A DNA stretch of 63,943 bases, the filler included, from Aduncisulcus paluster (taxonomy: Eukaryota), in assembly GCA_024181965.1 (NCBI GenBank). It is 5 parts of 5 records of this genome, joined end to end, with 100 filler letters (N's around TTAATTAATTAA, not from the genome) between each part and the next. Parts side by side here need not be neighbours in the genome. Positions count along the whole stretch, not along the records: positions 1 to 18,148 come from BQXS01010810.1; 4 more parts are not named here. One strand, written 5' to 3'. This document shows positions 1 to 9,900 of the stretch, piece by piece. The notes under the pieces were generated by a model. The model was not told the DNA's origin. It made no database searches and saw nothing but the letters and a program-made list of their open reading frames with translations. Within the stretch, counting starts at the first letter, position 1; each line of letters begins with the position of its first letter. Both the position numbers and the translations under genes were made by a program.

Positions 1-667
1 GTTCCTTCTTAAGGGCGGATATGCATTTGGCCAATGATAGCTTGTATTCAGGCCAGGTTATGACAAAGTGACGCATCTTGGTTAGATACTTTTGAATGGA
101 CGAGATATCTTTCTTATCGATACTTATTTGAAGTCCAAGATCAATCCAATCAAGATAATTTCCACACAATGATTTCTTTTTGTGGACTTGGATCAACGTA
201 TGAATGACATCTAGGGTCTTGTCGATATTGCACCCACTCAAAGAATCAATCCCTCGAATCCGGTCAAAATATGTTACAAACTGCGAATAAAAATGGGAAT
301 AAACGTCTTTCTTCGTCTCAGGGGGTTTGAAATGGAGGAGACAGTTGTGGATAACAGAAACCATTGCATCGTGGGTGTCTTTGGTTGGGTTTCCCGGCTT
401 TAAACACATTTTTGAGGACTTGATGATCTGTAAAACTATTTTTTGAACTCTATATATATCAATCTCAAGATACTTTGCAAGGATATCAAGAGTACATTTT
501 CTGTTTGACTTGGATTTATACAGCTCTAAATATTCGACAATATATCCTGCTTGTCCATGAATAAGCTTATAAATATCATCAGTTGGAATAGGATTCATCT
601 CTAAATACCGTTTTGACCAATGAATCCATTGATCAAACTTGGAGCTATCATATATACATGAAGGCAT
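1..667 (-). CDS. Hypothetical protein, 3'-partial (runs off the window start)
   Basis: My translation: ATG at 667, MPSCIYDSSKFDQWIHW...LAKCISALKKE, open for 222 codons to position 1. Absent from the ORF track because it has no stop in the window. No recognisable motif. Confidence 0.7.
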   Translation of the reverse strand, partial: MPSCIYDSSKFDQWIHWSKRYLEMNPIPTDDIYKLIHGQAGYIVEYLELYKSKSNRKCTLDILAKYLEIDIYRVQKIVLQIIKSSKMCLKPGNPTKDTHDAMVSVIHNCLLHFKPPETKKDVYSHFYSQFVTYFDRIRGIDSLSGCNIDKTLDVIHTLIQVHKKKSLCGNYLDWIDLGLQISIDKKDISSIQKYLTKMRHFVITWPEYKLSLAKCISALKKE

Positions 668-884
668 GTAGAAGCTAATAATACAACAATTTAATAATGG
701 ATAATCCCGTTATATGTCGAAAACCTGGAGAAATACTCGAGGAAAAGCGACAGATTTTTCAATGAAGTTCCCCCAATCCTTCCACTGGATTGGAAAAATA
801 TTAGAATCATAAAATGATCATAAAAGGAGTTGAAATTTATTTTTTTGCAGAAGACTTGGATCAATTCATTATAAATCATCCAGT

Positions 885-947
885 AGAGAAAATCCAACGA
901 TATCGCTGTAATTCGAAGGGAAAATACAGAGATATTGAATAAAATAT
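885..947 (-). repeat. 63-bp dispersed repeat, copy 1 (inverted relative to 16916-16978)
   Basis: Reverse complement ATATTTTATTCAATATCTCTGTATTTTCCCTTCGAATTACAGCGATATCGTTGGATTTTCTCT matches 16916-16978 at 59/63 positions without gaps. Confidence 0.9.
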
Positions 948-977
948 AACTTTTTACTATATATTCTCAGGAAAAAT

Positions 978-3900
978 CTATTTTTGAAAACTGGAAGAGC
1001 TGCTATCGATTTTTCTTGATTGGAGAGTTTTCCACACAAACAACCATGTTAAAATCTTGATTTCTTGATAATTTTTACGAATTACTTTGAAACAATATAC
1101 AAAGAATACAATAACAAGCAACGCAAGCAGACAGAAGGCAGAAATAGCGATCTTAAATCTTAAATCTACATTCCAAACCCACTTGACATGCTCAAACTCA
1201 CTAAATAGCTTCATATTGTGAATCAAATCGCCCACAACACCCACATATACAACCATAATATGCCCGAAATACTCTCTTTTACCGTCGACTCTTTCTCCCT
1301 CTTGGTTTCCACGTAATAAAGATAGTAATCGCCTGTGTTGATCAAGATATAGCGTGAGATCAGATGATATAGTTTGAGAACATTTGGCGATGTCATCAGA
1401 AATGGTGAAGAATGGTAATTCAAACGAATGTAATATATCATCAAACTTATCAACAAAGAATTGTATCTCGGTTTCACAAGAACTTCCTTCATATTCAAAC
1501 CCATTTTGTGTAAAGAATTGTAAATCTGCCACACACGATATTACGTTCCTACTCAGAGAGGGCAAGAAAGCAAGGGTATTCCGAATGTGAGTTGTGGATT
1601 CATTTGTAAGAATCTTATACAATTTAGGTTGGAAACAACATATTACAATCATCAGACCCAAAAATATAGCCATTCCAATCAAAGTACATATCGTTTCACC
1701 ACGCCTGAACTTTGAGGAACGATAGGTGAGACCCAGAGGCGGATTCTCTTGTTCCCTGGCCCATTCTGATCTCTCCTGAGTAACAATATCCTTCAACCAT
1801 TGTAACTGAGTCCTTCCTTTTCTTCCATTCATTGAGGTAATAGTATGGAAGGGATCGAAAGTTCCAGTCATATCATACGAATAAGAGGAGGAACTGTTAT
1901 TGCTTTGCAAGTGAAGAGCAAGATTGTGGAGGTATTGAGGTTTTAAACCACCATGACCATCGGTATTTGTGATACTACTTCTCTTTGTGATACTACTTCT
2001 CGAGTCACGACGTTGTTTCTTGTTATCATATCGAATGGCAGCAGAAAGAAGGTAATTGGCATCAACATTCTTGAGGAAAGAGAATAAATTGGATTTTTCA
2101 TCAATTCGACCATCTTGAGAATCTCCTTTGCCTCTTATATGAGTAAAAACAGGAGAGAAAAAGAGTAAAAGAAGGAAAAACTTCGGAGTTAAGCACAAAA
2201 TCACACTCACAGAAAGAGAAATGAACATAAATGCAACATTTTGATTCAATTTCTGAGATATTTCGGCGAATACATCGTGGAAATATTCAATTCTTGACAT
2301 TCCCTTCTTAGAAATATAATTATCTTCATCTTCACTATCATCTTCAGTCTCCTCAAGAGAGATTACGATCATAGATTTTGTTGTTGAAGAAGAGGTGGAA
2401 TCACGAGACATATTGTTTTTGGCATCACTAACAGTTCCACCCTCACCCACAAAATCTATAATCCCATCAAGTACATTCATTGAAGTATCTTTCATAGCCT
2501 TTCCAGATTCTTCAAAAGAAGAGGAAGAGGAGGAAGAGGAAGTAATATCTCCTGAAGCCTGTTCAGACATCACCTCAGAGGTTTCCTCTTCTCCTTCTTC
2601 TTCTTCTTCTTCTTCAACAATTTCTTGTGATGTATCCCAATTGTAAGCTTCATCGTACAGGTATAACAGTTGTTCCTTGACATCCTTAAGCACATCGAGA
2701 CCTGAATCATCAAACACATTACTGAGATCGAAGTAAGCAGCGTTATGTCTGTAATCTTTCAACCAGGATTCCAGAGCACATGTCCATCCGTGGATATCTT
2801 TGATAACAGCAAGGGAATTGGATGAGTCGTAGATAAATGAAATGAGAGAAGCTGCTGAACGAGTATCTATGTATTCGGAGGCAGAATAGCTCAATTTCTT
2901 CATAGCACTGATGAATTGATTCTTCTGACCCCAGGCGTACTCCAGCTCTTCAAGGTTTGAAGCGGCCTCAATGTTAGAGTTGGTCTCTGCAAGAACCATT
3001 GAATAGAGATCGAACATCCACTGTGTCTGAGCAACCGCAGCATTTACGACAATACCAATCCCGGCCGTAATTCCGTCAGATAAAAGGTTCATGAACTCCA
3101 TCGTTTCCTTATTGTTCAAGAATAATTCCATACATTCAGTGTATCTCCTCTCAAGTGAACACAGATCATTCGACACAATCTCTAAATGCTGGAGTATGAG
3201 TCCGTCAATGTCATCTATCGTCACGTCAGAAAATATGTAGTTTTGGGTGGAAGATATGTAATTCACGAGTTCGTACAAAATTGATGACACCGGCGCATCA
3301 TTTCCGAAAGCAACATAGAACAAGGAAGAAGAGAGGAAAGTTGTCAGGTACATGGGTCCCGCTGAAGTTGATGCTAAGTAATTTCCAAGCTCTTTTTCCC
3401 TCAGGACAATGCCGGCACTGTTCCAGCGAGAAGATAGCCTCGAGGTGGATACAAAAGCAATCACAGAGATCAATAATGGGATAACATCCAAGAGCAACAA
3501 GCAGAATGGGAGTGTACGAAGCTTCCTGAAACGTTGTTTCTTCATGATAATACGCAAGAACACAGGGAATAAGAGCAACGAAATTAGAAAGATAATCAAA
3601 CATGTGACATTGGTTTGATACATCCTCTTTAAGCCTGCGCCCAGGATAACAGCATCTTGCTCAGTACGACGAACATGACTAACAATATCATTCTTCAACC
3701 CTTCATCACTTTCCCGAACAGATTCAATGAGTTCTAGCCATTTCTGCTCAAGGACAGTGTTTCTGTCATCACACCAGAGATCATCAGCAAGTTCCGAATG
3801 AGAGATGATCAAATCATTGTATATCCAAGATCTCTGGTCGAAGAAATCACGATCTGGGATCTCCTTTTGCCACCTCTCGTGAGTTAAAGAGTGGTGAATG

Positions 3901-6900
3901 AATGAATACTTCGCATACAAAGTAGATGGGGAAGAGAAAGTTAACCATTCATCAACAAAACCAGATGTTTCGTAAAGATTTTCTTCGTTCTCAATGGCTT
4001 CAAGCATAACATCTATCGTCGCATCGATGGATGTTTGTTCACACATCAGTGGATATTCGAGGCAAATCATTTGGGATAATGTGGACACAAAGAACTTAGA
4101 AATGAGCACCCGTGGTGTTGGATGTGTTGGGAAAAAGTTGGAGATGGCTGCATCTTTAAACCAACCAACAGAATCATAGTTGACAGCTTCATGCTCCTCG
4201 GTCTCCTCATTATATGCGTATTTCTGAGTCACCCAGTGTCTTGTCGACACTCTTTCGCTCATGGAGGTTTGCCAGTCTCGAGAATATATTCCTAGGAGAG
4301 ACTCAAGGGATTTGGTTATCATAAAGTTGGGAAATGGAGAAGTGGCAGTGGGGTTGTACACAGCACTGAGATTGGGCATGTCATCCATCTCAACATCTGG
4401 AAGTTCACATTCATTGAAAAAGTTACAATTGACATAACTGTTAAATGAATACTCGGAATCATCAATCGGAATAACGAACACATTTGGAGCCACACTGATC
4501 GGTGTCATTGCTTCGTCATCCACATTACTCCATCCAGAACTGATATTGTCTTCTTCATCAAAAATACCAGAGGAACTTGCACTTAACCCCCCAAGACCGC
4601 CAAGTCCACCCCCACCAAGTCCACCACCTCCGAGCCCACCTGAGTTTGAAGGTTCCCATCCATCGTCATCGCCGAATATTGTCTCATAGAGTCCGTACAT
4701 GGACACTAACATTTCCTCAGAGGCACCGACAATACCCCGGACAGTGAAATTGTTCAGCGGACTCAGATCTCCCGTCATCCCCTTAGCATCACCCAATACG
4801 ATGGGAGAAGCTCGAGAATGATAGAGCACAAAGAGAGCGATTGAACATAACATCGCGGCAAAGACTACAAAGAACAAAACAATATATATCGCTGACTTTC
4901 CGATAGATTCTGAATATTTATGAGCATGAAGAGAGTTTGTGATGACAAAAGGATGCGTTGGAACAAAGAATGAACCAACTTGTTTCTTGGCTTCATCTGC
5001 AGGAGTCGAGGAAGGCGACGAAGAAAATGAGAAAGATTGCAAACCCAACATGGACATTTTAGAACCATGCTCGGCAATTGTTTTACCTACAGGTGGTCTG
5101 ACAGCTCCTTCAGAAGAATTTGATTCAAACAAAACTCCTCGACATTTGAGAGAGTGTTCTTCACAACCATCTTTCTCCCCATCATCTTTCTCTCTTTCAC
5201 CCGCAGTTCCTTGTGCAACCTCGTCTTCTGTGTGCTTGCCTTTCTTCTTTTCTTGTGCAGTGACAACTGGATGAACTTTCTCATCATTTTGAGAAGAAGA
5301 TGAGGAAGATATTTGATGAATTTCAATGGAAGAAGATGCTGTACATGCATGTTCTTCCTCCTCTTCTTCCTTAAACTCTTCTTTGGTATAACTATCCTCA
5401 AAATCAGACCCAGACACTTCAGAACTCTGAGTGGCAAGTGATGAAAGTGTCCGTACATCCTTTACAGAACAATCGTCGGCTTTAGTGCCAGATGTCTGAT
5501 TGTCCCTGTTGTTTCTAAGCATTGGAGAAGAGAACAAAACAACACTGTTATCACGTTTGGTATGTGTGCCAGAAGAGAACATGCCACTTGGAGAATCTAT
5601 AACACTGGAGTGTTCAGTACTTCCACCAACAACAATCTCAGACCGGGAAGAAACATTGGCAGAATCGACAAAGTCTGAGGAATCTTCGTCCGTTGAACAA
5701 CTTATATCGGTGTTGGGTTGAACCGATGTGATGGAAGATGTTATTGAAATGGAGGAAGGTGCTTCAGTGAGACCGATAGCAGGTGCAGATGGCTGAGGAA
5801 GTTGGGCTGCAATCGGATATTCTTGTCTTACAATCGTTGCATGGTGAGAACCCTGAATAAGTGAATGTGACGGAGACGAGGAATCACTTTGTTCAAACTT
5901 TGACCGAATTGAGGGTATGAATCCTCCTCCATTTGGAAGATCAGGGTGCTTAGAATTCCTCATTTGTCTCTGTAATCTGGGGATTGAGTTCCTCCCTTCA
6001 TTTCGAGGTTGTGATTCATTATGTTCTGCGTTCTCTCTCTCCCATTTTCTCCTCCTTCTCCGGACAATACGATCAGCCTGTCGAATTCTGTTGTTCGTTG
6101 AGGTTCGTTGAGTCTCTCCATACCAGCAAAATACATCTAAAAGACACAATTCTGCTTTCTTACGAACAAAAACACTCAACAGCACAACGATGACTGCCAA
6201 TATACCACACAAACAACAAATAATAAGTATTACATCCATGCTCCACAGAGAACTGATCTGAAGCGAGTGTGTTTGTGAATACTTCATTTCAAGATTGTCA
6301 GTGAATTCCAGGATATAATCAAGCGAGAGCATCGATAGAGAAGCCAAGAGAGGAGGAGTGAATTGGGTGACACTCGGTTGATGGCTGTTATGCTCAAGAT
6401 ACACAGCTGAAGAGATGGAATTCAGGGCATCAGGGTTCAACAGGGAGTAGGATTCTGTGAGGAATGAAGCTTTAGTAAGGAATGAAGCCACTGAGGGGGC
6501 TCCAACAGGTGCAGGGAGGGACAACAGAGAAGTTGAGAACCAATCAAAGGGGAATGGGAGTGTTACAGGTGCGAATGACAGAGGGAAAATGGATGAAAGG
6601 TATTCATTTGTGCACAAATCATCCTCACCATCACCGAGACCTTGATCATAGCACTCAAACAAGAATATGGGATCGGCATCACTTGTGAGGTGGAGAGCTT
6701 TGTATGGTATGTTCTCAAGGAGCGAACTCTCAAATAGTTTCTCAGAGAATAGAGATACATCCTTATTTAAGAGAAGATTAACAGCACCGAGGGCGATAAA
6801 TAGATACTCATATCCATCAGTTTCAATCGGTTTGAGCTGAATACCTTGGAAAGAATGTCCCTTCACTTTGTCGATCTTATGAACAGCATCAGTATCGATA

Positions 6901-9900
6901 GAATCGGTGTCAAAAGATGTATACACACTCAATCTATTTAAGAATTCATCAGTGGCCAAGTGTTCATAGTCGACGGCATTAACTGTCCCCTCAGGGAAGG
7001 ATTCTATCGCTTGTAGCACCACACTTCCTTCTTTCAAGACAGAGAATTCATACATATCCCTCTCCTCGAGAACAGTTCCGAGTAATCTTGGGGCCAGGAA
7101 TGTAGTTGGAGAGTAATACAATAGTTCCACTTCATCGTCTGAATCAATTCCATATCGAGACCATCTCTCTTGGATTGAATCGTCATTGACACCACTCCCA
7201 TCAGAGTCATTCAGAGTGTCGGATGTTGTATTGAGTGAGTAGAGACGAGCAAACATTGATGACACAGAATAATAGGGTTGTTGAATGCACATCTCAACCA
7301 TCTGCTTGCTGGGATCTAAAGGATCATACACATGCCATTCACTGTAGGGATTATCATGCTTGTTACGAGATACATTCCCACAACTCTCCTCTGCAAACCT
7401 TCTCAGGACTTGTGTGTCTGGATTCTTAACAAAGAAAGCAGAGCCTTGTTCGACATGCCCTCGTTGTAAAATATCCCCTGAGGGTCTTTCATTATCAAGT
7501 TTAATGTCATCCGAGCGGTCAGGGAAGGGATCAACAATATCACTGGAATATTTATCCAAAACAAATTTTGTTAGAGGCGAGGCAACGTAAAACTTCTGTT
7601 TGCCACTACCCTCGAATTGTCCAGTGATGTTGGCACTGTTATTTAACAGCATGCTCGGCCATCCCTGTTGAAAAGCAATTTCATGAGCAACTGCTACTTG
7701 CTGCGATGGGTATTTCAGTTCTGCACTCTGGAATGCTAATTGTCTGAGAACTTGCAGGAAATCATCGTAGAAAAGATATGAATGTCTGGATGTAAAGTAC
7801 AAAGCAGGGTGGGTGTTTAAAGAAGAAAGAGGGCGTCCAAATAAGTTCAAGAATATGACGAATTGAGTTGGATCGGAAAGGAAAGAATATGAACCAAGTT
7901 GGGTGTTCATCTTAAATCTATCAAAGAGATCCTCAGCTTGAAGCACTGTTGAGACACCAACAGAGTCCTGATAATGGTTATAGAAATGTGATGCAAGGGA
8001 CAATCCTTGAACAGAATACACTGAAGGTTGCATTGCAAGGAACACAGATGTCTCTGATTCGATCTGAGCAAGATTATCAAAGAATCTCCAAGAAAACAAA
8101 ACAACACACAAGCCAGCTACTAAAAAAAAGAAAGAGATTATCCATTTTAACATATGTTGGAAAACATTATTGATCTTGAACACAGACATGAAAGCATCGA
8201 ATATTGGATCTTTGTGGATATAGTGGATGTTTCCTTTATCCCAAAACAAATGGTCTTTCAATAAAGCCTTCGCAAGGGGATTTTTCTCGAATATTTTGTC
8301 AATTTCACTCTTCTTCATCCCTTGCATTGCTGCCGTCTCAAAATTTTTCATAACTTTGGTCGAAAAATTGAACATGTCGATGACCTTTTTGAACTTCCGA
8401 TAATAACGTTTCAAATTCATATTCCTTTCAGAGAATTTTACATGAGGCTGGATGATGGCACCAACACCTTGCGGACATGATGCATCACACTCAACATAAT
8501 GAGCAACAAATGAAAATTTGTCCATATCGAAGATGACATGTGATTTTGAAAATCGAGGAATTGGAAACACATTATTTCCTTGAGTTTGATCTGACCACAC
8601 AGCGCCTCCTCTCGGATGTCCTGAAGACTGGGCATACGATTCATTCCCAAATTCATCATCTTGGAACCAATCCCAAAGCTTGGAACAGAGGTTTGTAAGG
8701 TCCTCAAGAGCGTTGTTGAGCATAAAAACCGAAGTGACATAGGAAGCATAATTATGGGAGTTGGCAATGTTATTATTAAGCTCATTTGCTGTCATACCTT
8801 TCTCAGAGCTGAGGATTCCCTGAGGCTTTGCGAGAGAGACGAGACGAAGATGAGAACTGAACACAGAGAAAAGAGTGGCCAGTCTTCTAAAGAAAAATGG
8901 GGTAGACAAACGAAGAACATTGTCAACACTATATTTAGTCTCACGAACATCAAAAGGCTGCATACCTCGGTTCAATAATAGACCATCCGATTCGGTCATC
9001 ACTTTAACACGCCACACAGAACACCAGAAAAACCACAGGATAGAAGACAAACTGTGACGATTGGTGAGGAATGACTCAGGGTTTGGAAGTTGCAATATCG
9101 TGTCAATTGCTGCATCGTGGGCGATATCATACAGAAATGGTTGTAGAGATTCAATGAGGTCTGTTCCTTGATCAATGAAGGGAGAAGGAAGCTTTAGAGC
9201 TGGAAGGTGATGTATTCCTTTGTATTTATGGATAATATCGTGCATGAATGCTTCCTTTCGAACACGTTGGGCTTCAGAGTCCCAAAATCCATCTGAGAAA
9301 GAGGAACATATTGTTGAACGGTGTTCAGTACTACTACTTGCACTGAATGTGTTAAGAGAGAGCGATCTCTTCAAATAAGGGAAGAAATGCCGCAATGGAT
9401 GCTGGTACTTGTTAATCATGTGGATTGCTTTGTCACTCGTGGACATCTCTTTCGGCAGAGAAGATAATGGGATGGTTGAAGCGTAAGGTAACCTTGCAGA
9501 ACGTGAGGACGGGATATGGTGAGGTCCAGCAGCCACAAATGAGTTGTTCCGATGGATGCCAGTCATCATGGGTACAGCTGTCACACTGGGCAGACCGAAA
9601 GGTGAAGCAGTATAGCCTTCGATTGTCCCACTGATGTGCTCACAGTCGGGATCATCTAGATTGCTATTCTCCCCCTGTTCTTCGGCTTTGACAGTCTCAT
9701 CGTGGAACTCATCAATGGAAAAGGGAGGGGATTGGTAAGGCAATGATCGAATGATAGTCATCTTGTCAGATGGAATCCATGTCATCCTGCTCCCACGCAT
9801 TGTCACCCTCTTGCTTGTCTTCCTACTTTCTTGACGGAGCCACTTTGATATCCTTTCCCATTCTGGTTGGTCGGAATAAAATATTTTAGAAAAGTCACGA

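Noticed and set aside
920..945. U6 snRNA suggested by ATACAGAGA (also near 59121)
   Set aside because: No following AGATTAGC/AGC triad or internal stem-loop, and repeat copy 2 reads ACGGAGA.
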